This document shows, piece after piece, positions 37,110-49,110 of a stretch of 64,000 nt of DNA. Source of the stretch: Selaginella moellendorffii. Taxonomy: Eukaryota > Plantae > Lycopodiophyta. Positions within the stretch are counted from its first letter, which is position 1. The number at the start of each line of letters is the position of its first letter. Below the pieces are notes generated by a model. That model saw only the letters and a program-made list of their open reading frames with translations, was not told where the DNA came from and searched no databases. Where the stretch lies: positions 381,172 through 445,171 of the forward strand of contig NW_003314349.1 in assembly GCF_000143415.4 (NCBI RefSeq), in the 5' to 3' direction. A program made the position numbers and the translations under genes.

Positions 37110-39950
37110 GTGAGTAAAAATGTATACTCTAAGTCGATCCTAGGAATATAGAGAGTTGGCAACAAATCTCACAAACAATTTGATAAAGAATCAAGTATAA
37201 AGATTTCTATGATGTTGAGTAGTAAGATCAGGATAACTTCTCAACTTTACGATTGCTCTATTTATACTACTCTAGTGTAATTGCCTTCTATATTGGCCCT
37301 CTTGGTCTTCTGGAATTAAGTCTATTTACAGATATCAACACTTGGCAACTGATGTAACTGTTGGCAACCACTTTTGGACAGTATGCTGAACACACAATAG
37401 TATGCTGAAGTTGTGTGTTTAGATCCTATAGTCTCCTTTACTGCTCATCCTTGGGTGTCATTGAGTTTTGAACTGCTGACCTCTTTGTGTTGGAGATTTA
37501 GTGGTTGGAGCTCCATTCTAACCTTTGGTACTTAGCACATTCTATGTGGCAAGGTGAATATTCCATTCTTCTGACTTGGGCAATTTCCTACTTTATGACA
37601 CACTTCCAGACTTAAACTGCACTAGTGTCTGAATTGTTTGTTTATTGGATTGCTGTGCTGACTTGTTACCATTTGTAATTTTTATTTTTTATATGATGCT
37701 CATTTTCTCAAGTGATAAATTTTCTTAGTTCTTATTGTTAGAGCAGAAACTTGAACCTGATAGAACTTGAGTGCTTCCAAGGACAGAACGATCCTATGGA
37801 GCGAAGTTGGCTGGGAGAGGTGGGTGCTGACTCTGAATGCTGCAGATGTAGTTCTGGTACTGTTGGATCTCCTCTCTCAGTCGGTTCAGCTCAGTCTGGA
37901 CTTTGGGCGGTGTTTCAACAACAGTATGCTGCAGGTTCCGGTGGAGCTTCTATCCCCTCCAACACCTTGAGATGGTACTCGTCGTTCTGGGTCATGAGGG
38001 TGTTCAACTGCTGCACCACCTGTGTTGTGTTGGCTTCGTGGGACTTCATCCGGTGCTCTATCTTCTGCTGCTGCTCCTTGATCAACTTGAGTCAATGTTC
38101 AAGCTTTGGCTCCATCTCCTACTCTTGGGCTATGGAGTTGAGGTAGTTCGCCACTTCGCAGAGCACCACATTGCACCACTTCCTGGATGACTCAGCGTGC
38201 TTCCCATCGAGTGTCGGAGCTCCCGGGTGTCACCGTTGTCTCCTCGGCCCTCGGCTGGTGGTGACTGCTCCCGAGTCTACTTCCGCTTGGAATCTCCGTG
38301 CCGTACCGTAGTACGGTTGATCTCCATGGTCAAGGTTCTGCTCTCGGGCAGAGCGCTGAGTGGCATCCGACCCATACCGGTGTTGGAGCGTTGTTGGGTG
38401 GGTGGATGGTAGATGGTCCCACTCCTGCACTCCCTGTTGGTGGTGGTAGTTGTTGTTCAGCTGTGGCATAGGCCCTGACGACCATGGGACTTGGATCCCT
38501 CAGCTGTTGTGGCCGGTTGGTGACCATGATCGTCCCAAAAGTGGCGGTCGCTGCTGCTGTTTCCACGGAAAGTAGGCTGCTCCCTCCCTTTGATGCTGCA
38601 GCTGCTGTGTTGGCGGCTGTTGCTGTTGCTTTTGTTGTTCCTGTTACTGCTGTGGTACTCCATGTCAGTCTGGGGCGCCGCCTTACCCTTGCCCTTCTGG
38701 GGCTCCCACCGCACGGTATTGGTACTTGTAGGCTGTGGATGAGTCTTGGGCATGGCGTCTTCTTGGTGGGTTTACTGACGTGGGTGATCCCCATCAATTC
38801 CATTGTCTCTTGTAGTCTTGGAGGTGCGTATGGGTGAAGTTGGTTGGTACATCTTGGTCTAACTCACGACTTGGGCTCCTTTGTAGGTGGCTTCCGTACC
38901 CTTCCGTACCTCCTTGGTCTTACTTCTCGGTTGGCACGGTGTGGTGACCTGCTCCAAACGTCTCCCCTGGTGACTGTTCACTGTCGGTTTCCTCCTCTTC
39001 ATCGTCTTCATCCTCCTCGGCATCTGAGAGAAGCTCTTTGGCAGTCTCTCCAGTGATCAACTGAATGCAGTCGGATTTGTTGGAGGCATTGTTCATTAGT
39101 CGTCGCATCTTCTCGCTCGCCCTCCAATCCTTCTGCGGCACTCCTCTGTCGAGATCGAACTGGGGTCAGAGCTGCTGCAAGTACAGATAGAGTATGGTAC
39201 CCACTGATTTGCCCATCTTGATTGCGCACTGGAGTGTTTTGACAATCCTGAAGAAAGATGATATGAGGATTTCTCCTTAGTTCACCCCAATCCCCTTTTC
39301 CGCTGTGAGATATGCCCATATGATTGGAATGTGCACACTCTTCAGCTTATCCCGGCATTGCTTAAGTCAGGACCCTCTAAACTTTGTCGTTGAACTCAGC
39401 CAACTGCAAGCCCTTTGCCTTGAGTCTCCTGCACATGTGCTCCTCCATGCTGATCTTGAGGAGTTGGTGATCTTCCTAGGTGGCTTTTCCATCCACAAGT
39501 CTGCTTCCGGAAGCTTAAACTCCTGGCTGAAGAGTTTGGCTGTGAGTCGAAACTCATAGCCCATTAGCTAGATGGATTTCCAGTAGGCGTCCATGGCAAG
39601 GACCATCCATGTGTAGAACAGGTGCTCCTTTGTTGGTGGCGCATCCTTGAGAAGTAGAAAATTACCTTCAAACTGTCGAGTGTTGAACCATTGGTAGTCC
39701 ACCAATCCCTTTTGGAATTTCACCTCCTACTTCTTCAGGCTGATGTCAAACTGGCTCATGTTGATCGTGCCCATCATGCTGAAACCTTCCAACTTGGTGA
39801 AGACAGTAGTGATTTGGGCAACTACTAGCTGTGCTCTTTGAACCCTAATGACCGACTTAGCTTTTTCCTCTTTATCCTTTTCCTACTTCTGCCGGTGCAT
39901 CCTGACCGCTTGTTCTCTATGCCAACGGTTCAGATCCCATTTCAGTGCAT
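37110..39950 (-). mobile_element. Probable LTR-retrotransposon remnant with a decayed long ORF (Q/N/T-rich, coiled-coil C-terminus)
   Basis: GC-richer block 37750-39950 with broken - strand ORFs (acidic tract, KGKGKA, coiled coil) next to LTR-like sequence; no diagnostic pol motif seen. Confidence 0.35.
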
Positions 39951-42376
39951 AAAATGGTATCCCTTTGAAAAATAGCTGGAACAGAATATTCCTTCCTCCT
40001 CTAAGGCTGATTTGACACTTTAAATGCTTGCTTTTCATCTTAGTTATATATTTATTCATATTCCAGGTAAACACATAATAATTAAATAATACTTCCCTAA
40101 ATCATTAATAATTAATCTTAATAATTCTTCTTCACTTTTGTTTGAGTCTGGGTTGTAATATATTAGTTTTTTTTAACCATTTTAGGATTCTAATTTTGTT
40201 TATATCCCAAGTAAAAACATACTTTACATGTAACATCTAATTAAGAAAATTATTATTTAGTAATTCTTTATTTACTTTTTATTGGGAGTGTACTAAATAT
40301 ATTTATAATCTAATAACTATATAAAAATTATTCTTAACAATTTTTATTTTACTTTACTCTGGGTTGGGTATTAAGTTTCTTAAAATTTTAATATTATAAA
40401 TATATTCATATTCCTAAGTAGTACTTTGCATATATTATCTTTATCACTAATATTTACTTATTAATTCTTTTCTCACTTTGGGAATATATTAGTATTCTAA
40501 ATATATGGTCTATGTTGTATAGTATTATATGTGTATATAAAGATATCAGAAGGATTGATTTTTGTACTCATCTAGCATTTGCTGGGCAACATCTCACATA
40601 CAAAGTATTAACTGGCATTAACATTCAATTTTTTGCAATTGAGACTCTGAAATTGAGAGGGTAAATTCTAAGGTTTAGTAGAGAGTGTTTGCCATGACAA
40701 CATGCCTAACTATTGGTGCCTTCAAATTGTGATTCAAGTTTATATTTGAATCTCTTTCCCTTGATTTAGGGTTTTGTGAGCTATGGCACATGCTCTTGCC
40801 AATCCCTAGCAATGGCACCTCATATTCATCCCAAATGTGCAAATTCCTACACAACACCCTTCTTTTCTCACTGCAATTGCTGGTTTGTTGCCTGTTTTGG
40901 GAATTGAGATGAGCTATGATACCACTAGAGCTGCTATTGTAAGTTGATTTTCTTGTAGTGAGATTGCATTTTCTCAAACTTTTTATCAGGTCATTAGGGA
41001 GAGTCACTGAGATTGCAAGTGCTTTTTTTCTCTCTTCTTCATTTTTATTTTGTTTTGTTTTGTTTCTTTGGATTCAAAGCAAAGTTGCTTCGACAATATG
41101 GAGGTGTGATGCTTCTAGCAACATGTCTAAACCACAAACAAGCAATCAACGCAGTAAGTTATTCTCCTTTCAATGGAAGTTTTGAGAGTTCTTTTATGTT
41201 CTTTAGGTGGTGGCACAAGCTCTAGAGAATGCAAAAGTGAAGGAGTGAGATTTATGCTTGGATAGTGACATTCTTTGTGATCTTTCCATTGGGAGGATTA
41301 TGTTGAGCATCACATTGAAGAATTACTTGGTATGTAGTTTCTCAGCCACTTATATTAGAGGAGCAACTTACATGCTTCTCATTGTGGTAGATTCGCATGG
41401 TCATCAAAATGGTAAGTTTTTTTACTTTCTTTACCAGGTGAATTCATGGGTGTAGAGATTGAGACACTGGGTGTTGAGTGGTGGCTAAACTTCGACAATA
41501 GGTTTTATCTTTTGCTATGGTGATAGAAGTGTGGTATCAAAAGATTTTAAATTATCTAGATGGCAATATATAGTGCTCCTGCTAATCTAACCAATGACAA
41601 ATTGTACCCATGAGGTGATAAATTATGTATGTCTTTGGTGGCATCACTAGATCAAAATTCAAAACTGCTAGAGATTTGAATTCTATTAACAGGTTAAGAG
41701 AGTGAATATTTATTTTTAAGTGAATTTTTAATGCTTTACTAATAAAATAATCAACTTTACCTAAAATTATTCTGTTTTATAAATTATTATAATCTTTGAA
41801 TATTTTAAGTCACAATTAAATTTTATAGTTTAATTTAACAGTATTTATAAATATAATAAGAAAACTGTATTCTAGAATAATCTTATTTTATAAGCTAGGA
41901 TGGCCTATTTAAATATCACTATAACATATGAAACCCAACACCAAATGATGGTATATCAAATGTGGGTTGACTTAGTTTTATGAATGTGTAGGATCATGAT
42001 CAAAGCTTCAAGTGTTAATATAAAACAATTAAACAATTTCAACAATAGGAGTACATATTATATTTTTATATGTAACTTTAGCTATTTACAATCTAACTCA
42101 TTATCAGAAAAACTAAGATAATGTATGCAATATTTGATTAAGCAGTAATATTTTAAATTCTTTTTCCTAACTGCAAAGATAGTTTATTAGTACATAATAC
42201 TATGGAATTACAATTTCTATAGCATACATATTTACAAAATATTTTGTTAGTAATTATTATCTTGACTAGATCTAGGTAGTAATATATTAATGTAAACTTA
42301 TTGTTTTATATATTCTAAGTAAAAAGCATAATTAAATAATGTCTTGCTAATAAAAATGAGTAATAATTATTCTTAG

Positions 42377-45300
42377 TGTGAGGTCTAGGTGTATAGTTAC
42401 GATGTTATATACTAATATTAATATAGTGGGATTTTAGTACCCGTCAGATTGGCATATTGGTGGAGTTGAGAGGCATTTTTAATTGTCCTTAAAGAGTGCC
42501 TAGATTTAGGATTTTGGTTTAAATCTAGCTTTTGCATCGTTTAGATTTAATTTTTTCCATTTCCTTTCTTTTGTTCTTTCCTTTCAAGATTTTGGTTTAA
42601 ATCTAGTTTTTTGCATTGTCTAGATCTCCATTTCCTTCTAGTTTTTTGTCATTTCTCTTCTTTTGCTCTTTCCGTTCATCTTTATGGTAGATCAACAATC
42701 TCCTCCTTTGACTTTAGAGTAGCAGTTGGTACAATTGCTTGATGTTATGTGCTTGCAATTGAATAACCAAACTTAGTTGATGGTGGCATTCACAGCACAT
42801 GGTACAACTCCTCTTACTCTTAGTGCCAATCTTCGCGTTTAGCCGGAGTTCTTTCGTGGGAATCCTAGGGATAATGTGTACCATTGGTTCAATCACTTCA
42901 TGGTGATTGCCACATATCATTTTTGGGATGATGCTCAATGTTTACGTGAGATTCCACATGTCTCCATAGGATAGCATTGCAATGGTACAATAGTTTGAGC
43001 ACAGTCACTCGTGGGGATTAGAATGTTCTTCCAGACGTTTTCAAATGCATATTCGAACATGCCAACGATTGTGATGATGCCTTCTAACAATTGCATCGTC
43101 TTCACCAAAGGCCATCTGAGTCGGTGATGCAATTTGGTGTTTGTTTCCAAAGTTTTTTGCTTCATGCAGAACCAAATATGTTGGAGCAGATCAAGCTAGG
43201 AATGTTGTGGCTAGCACTTTGTTAAGATCTTATCAGAGTTGTGCATGCACTTGCTCTTGCAACCCTTAACGATACTTTTTGCTTGGCACAACATTATGAG
43301 ACATCGCCTTTTCCACTTCTTGTTGCCCGTCCTTTAGCTCCACTTTCTATGGGTGATGGTCCTGTTCCAATGGAAGTTGATGTTGTTGTTGCTCGAGTTC
43401 AAAGACCAGGGCGAGGCTGTGGTCGTGGCCGTGATGTTCGTTGCTGAGCATGTGATGAAGTTGGTCACACTTATCGGCATTGTCAACATTTTCCAGATTG
43501 GCAGCCACCATTTCCTGGGTGGATACCTTGGTGTCAACGTTGTCCTATTGGTGTTGTTGCAGTGGAAGGTCTGGACACCGAGATGCATCCGGGAAACAAG
43601 GAGTCATGTGAGTAACAGAGGGACCTTGTGTGAATAAGTCCATAACTACTCCATTTTTCTTTCGGGAGTATTATCAAGGGGTTCACTCATCACTTATTCA
43701 TCCAGTGTTTATTTTCCAAGCTCATTTACATAATAAATGGTCTCCTATTATTCTCTCTGTGTTGGTTGATACAAGTTCGAGTTTATCTTCTATTGCTCGA
43801 CATGTTACCACACATTGCTGTTTATACTTGTGTCATGTAGTGGAGCCAATTTTCATTCTTTATGGCAACAACTATACACATGCATGTGCACAGGATGAGG
43901 TGAACCTAGTTAATCATTGCGGGTGGTGTCGAGTTAAGCTTTTGACCTCATCCTTGGTATAAATTGGTTGCAGTGCAATCATGCCAAGTGTGACTTTAAA
44001 GCTTCTCCCCCTTGTCTTATACTTCCTTATATTTCATCTATTCCTCTCACTTTAGTACCTCTTTATCTCTTTGCTTCTATGGCTACTTCTATTACTTTTG
44101 TCCCCCACTCTTTCCTTCTATGTTTCTGTCTTGTTCTGCTCTTCCCTTTTCTGATCCCTTCGACAATCTTTATGTTGCAATAGTTGACCAGCTCATGAAA
44201 GAGTATTCTAATCTCTTTGAATTTGACATATCATCTCGGGCCAAGATTGCCATATGTCATCCTATTCCAACTGGGGATGCGCGTCCAATCAAGGTTCCTG
44301 TTCATTGTCGATCACCCAAAGAGATCAAGACTTTACGTGCAAACGTCAAGGAGATGTTAGAAAAGGGTGTTATTCAAAAGTCGCGGAGTTCTTGAGCATA
44401 TGAACCTCATTTTATGACAAAACTTGATGGGAGTATTCATTTCTGCATCAACTATTATTTGTTAAACGAAGTGACAATTCCAGATGTGTACCCTCTTCCT
44501 CACACTGTTGATCTCTTGGATCGTCTGGGGCGAAGTCGTTGGTTCACTAAGCTAGATTTTGCTTCTAGGTACTAACAAGTACCGATGGCCTTAAAAGATA
44601 TTTCTAAGACTATTTTTCTTACACCATTTGGTTTGTACGAGTTCTTGGTAATGCCATTCAATTTAAACAATGCTTAAACAACTTTCTAGCAGATGATGGA
44701 CAATATGCTAGAAGTGACTATTGACTTCATTGATGACGTCTTGATTCACTCAAAGGGGAAGTGAGAAGAGCACATTCGTGATGTTTTGTAAAGTGTTGGA
44801 TTGGTTATAAGACGTTAGTTTAAAGCTGAAGCAGTCAAAGTGTGTGTTTAGGTCCAAGGACGTGATTTATCTTGGGTACTGTATTTCTTGTGAGGGTTTG
44901 CAAGTTGATCCTGACAAACTTGTAGCTGTTCTAAAGTTCCGTACTCTGAAGTGTGTGAATGATGTGCAACACTTCTTGGGCAAAGTGCAGTATCTCGATT
45001 ATTTTGTGGATCATCTTTCTGATCGCATTGCACCGTTGCGAGCATTGCTGAAGTCATCAACGTCATCTTTCATCTAGTCTCCAGATTGTGAGCGAGTGTT
45101 TGTGGATCTCAAAGAACTGTTGATGACTCCTCCAGTTTTAGCATATCCTAACTACACTCAACCTTTTATTTTGCGCATGGATGCTTCTGATATTAGTCTT
45201 GAAGGTGTGTTGATGCAGTAGTTCACTTCTGCTAGTTGTAACGTACAGTTTATATATGCAATGGGATGGTGTTGACTAGGCACACTTCCACAATAGAAAA

Positions 45301-48079
45301 GGAGTGTTAGCAGTAGTTTGGGGTTTTAAGAAACTGCATGCATATCTACATGGTTCTCGAACATTACTTGAAGGTGATTATGCTGTTATTATTTCATTAT
45401 TGAAGTGAAAGAACTTAGTTGGTCGTATTACTCAGTGGGCTTTGAAGCTTTAGATATATGATTTTGATGTTGTTCATCACCTTGGGAGTTCTATAGCTGA
45501 TGTTGATGCCCTTTATTAAACTCCTCTTCCTTCTCCACTCTCTTCTCATGTTTTTTACAAGTCTTTTGTTCCAGCGTCTGTGAATTTTCTAGATGAGGAT
45601 TCTGTGCCATCGGTGGTTATTGTACTTGATATTCAATGTCTACAAGATGTAGAGCAAGATCTACCTTCTCTTGAGGAGGTTCGTGAGGCTTAAAAGATTG
45701 AGCTATAGATTCGAAGGCTTTGAGATGGGTTTGAGAATCTTGCATCCCTTATTGATGACTTGCCATTTTGGCATTTACATTCTCAATATTGCCTTGAAGA
45801 CGGCCTTCTTTATTTTGTGGGGATGGATCTTAATGATCCTTTATGGCTGGTGGTGCCTTCCATTTTTATTCCACAATTTCTCTATACCTACCACAATTCT
45901 CTTATTTTAGGCAGACATATGGGACATTGTTGTGTAATTGAGAAACTATAGGTCTTTTTATTGGCTGAAGATGCAACGTGATGTTATCCAGTATGTGCAT
46001 AGCTGCATTTGGTGCCAAGCTCACAATACTCCCCCTCGTGCCGCAGAAGGAGGGTTAGAGTTAATTGTAATTTCCCGTCCGTTTGAGTTGGTGGTGTTTG
46101 ATCTTATAGGACCTTTTCCATGATCGATTGCTGGCAATGAATATATTATTATTCCTTTTGACTATTTGACTCGTTAGGTCGAAGTTGGTGCTCTTGCTAG
46201 CGCCTCTGCAACTACTGTTGGATACTTTCTCCTCAATCGAATGGTGTTTTAGCATTCTTGTCCAAAGCGGATACTTTCGGATAATGGTCCCGCATTTATA
46301 GCTGAGGCATTTCATGTTTTGATGTCTCGGTTGGGATACACCACACTTTCACGAGTGCTTATCATCCACAGTCAGATGGTTTGGTGGAATGGCTCGTTCG
46401 AACATTCAAAGGAATGATCGCGAAGTACGTGATCTTTCAGTAGTCAAATTGGGATGGTTATTTGCTATCGCGAATATGACTTCGGGTATCAAAAAATACT
46501 TGTTGGCCAATCCTTATGGGCACTCTTTCCTTACTGCCATGACAGTAGAAGATCAGTACTGTTGGTTCTCTTCAATAGCCCCTTTTGTCCAAGTGTTAAT
46601 TTACTGGGCTTAGCATCTGTACTTAGTCAAATGAATATAAGGTAGGAACTCCTATGTTTCTAGCTGAGCATTCTCAGCCTGGCTCTTAGTTCTCTTTTGC
46701 TCTGTTTTGCACTGACTTGGCAAAAACCCTCGCATATTGAGACTAGTCCCTCAATATCGCCAGATGATAGCTTACCATGTTTGCCAAACACTCTCATTAT
46801 CATGCCCTTTGTGTTAGTCTCATTTCGATCCTAAATGCTATTTATGGAAAGCATCTCATGTCCAAATTCGCAATCTAGGGACATTCTATATTTAGTAAAT
46901 TTCAAACTTGTCCCAGAGACTAACTTTTGGTACTAAGGGAGGCTTGGGGTGAAAGCCTAAAACATGTGTTCCTCAAAAGGGGGGGGAGGGAGCTGTGGGG
47001 GGTTCCAAATATATAGTAGGGAAATGGTTGAAATGTGGTTAAAATGCATGTCCGACCACTTGAGACATTAGTTTGGCTCCCACTGGGCTGTGTCGCTCTT
47101 TGTTCTACGTCCGGCTTGGGTTTAAACCCAAGGTCCACACTACTCTAGTCAGTGGGGTACCTTTTTCCTCGCGTTAGGCCACCAGTATGCCAAAATTGTG
47201 CCAGACTCTGTTTGACACCATTTTGCATGCAGGTGCTAGATATGGGGAGCTGGTGCTCATGGGATTGTATTGAACCCTCGTTTCATAGCATAACAGGCTT
47301 GGAGTTCAGCTCCAAATTCATGTGCACTATATTTGCCGTCTCTTTGGTATGCATATGTCACAGAGGTATAGAGTTCTATAAGTGTTTCACCATCTAAACT
47401 TCTATATGATCATGATCCAATATTACCAACGGAGCTGAGTTTACTTTCACAATTGCCACAAGTTGCTAATGCTAGGTCGTGGGATCAGTTTTTGATGAGC
47501 ATTCTTCCACTTGTCTGAGCAGAGTTTTCCGAACACTTAGGCCACATTATAACTCCCATCATTAACCACCTGCGATGTACAAAGTGGATGACTTGGTGTT
47601 AGTCCATTTTCCCCATCTTATGATACGTGGTTTATCTAAGGGGCTCCTTACTCAGTGGAAGGGACTATATCAAGTGTTACAGCAAGTTGGACCGCAAGTT
47701 TATGAAGTTCAGCATGATGTCTAGCAAGCTGATCCTCTAGAAATTGTGTATGTGCAACGGTTGAAACGCTTCATACAAAGGGATTAAAAACAATTGAGAC
47801 CATTTATAAATCCACTAATGCCTCCTCTTGACGTTCCTCTAAATCTCGGCCCATCTACAAGAAAACCCTGATGGTCTTCTATTATTATGAAAAGAGGGGA
47901 TGATGTGAGGTCCAAGGGTACAACTACAATGTCGTATATTAATATTAGCGTAATGGGATTTTGGTAGCCGTTAAATTGATTTCAATTTGAACCACTCACT
48001 CCTCTATATAAGCTAGGGTTTTTGGGCTAATTGATATACACATTTTCTGTATTCCCTTTCCATATTCCATGCATTCACA
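42377..48079 (+). mobile_element. Near full-length degenerate Ty3/gypsy element (short LTRs, 4-bp TSD TTAG)
   Basis: LTR starts tgtgaggtc at 42377 and 47904 are alignable; the 3' LTR ends ttcaca at 48079; ttag lies on both flanks; PPT aaagagggga. Gag DGPVPMEVD plus zinc knuckle, PR VLVDT, RT YPLP and FIDDVLI, RH DASD, IN DLIGP, ILSDNG and YHPQSDG. Confidence 0.9.
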
Positions 48080-49110
48080 TTAGTAATTATTTTCTTCTGT
48101 TTGATAAAATCTTAATATAAGTTTATCCCAACTAAAAAATAATTTACATATAACATATTATTAATAATAGAAATTTCATTTTTAATTTTTTTGGGTTGGG
48201 TATTTTTCCAAATATATTCATATTTCCAAATAATAATTTTTATCTAATATTTTATTATGAATGTTTATTCTTACTTATGCCTAGGAATATATTTTGTTCT
48301 AAATATTTATATTATCAAGTTTACAAGAATTGATTTTTATATTCACCCAATTCTTCTTTCAAAGTGGAATGCAATATTTATTTTTGTCATACTATTCCAA
48401 TTTAATTTTTATTATAAAAAAAGTATTTTGCTAACTAGGCAGTATATGCTAGGCAAGTGCTAGTAGCTTGATAAGGCTGATATAGATATAAAGTATAAAT
48501 CAAATATAATGCTTTTTCAAGCAGGGACAGAGGATGTAGCTAGAAGCTTAAGAACACTCAGATGCAAAATGCTGAAGAAAACCAGGAAAATGGTGCAGAT
48601 GAGAGTGCTTACCTTGAAGTTGTAGCTAATGCTTATTGAGTGATTAGTTGCACTTAGAGCCTCAATTAGTTCAGGAGTAAAGGAATTTTTAAAAACAACT
48701 CACAGTCAAGTATAGCACAAGTCAGATCTTTGAAAGAACAGTTGGATCAAAAGCCAGCAAAAGAGGTAAAGAAGCAAGCTAATTGATAAAGACTTTTGCC
48801 AAGGAGCAGAGAAGAAAAGCCAGAGAGGATAAAAAACGGTATGAGGTGATGATGAAGAAGACATCCATGGCAAGGTCTCAAATGGACTTAAGCAGCCACA
48901 CTTTGTGAGCAGCAAGCTGAGATGTCTCGACACGCTCACAACAACAGAATCCTTAAGCTTCACCTCCAACACCCCTCAATCGTCACCATTTACCATAACC
49001 ATAGAAGAAGATCATTAATTCTTTTCGAGCCACCATTTACAAGGAAGAAAAAATTCTCAAGAGAAAAGAATGACTGATCGAAAGAACTTTTCTGGATCAT
49101 AGAGCTCCAT

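Noticed and set aside
40540-41700. Coding-like block with short ORFs
   Set aside because: No recognisable motif or consistent frame, so it cannot be assigned.
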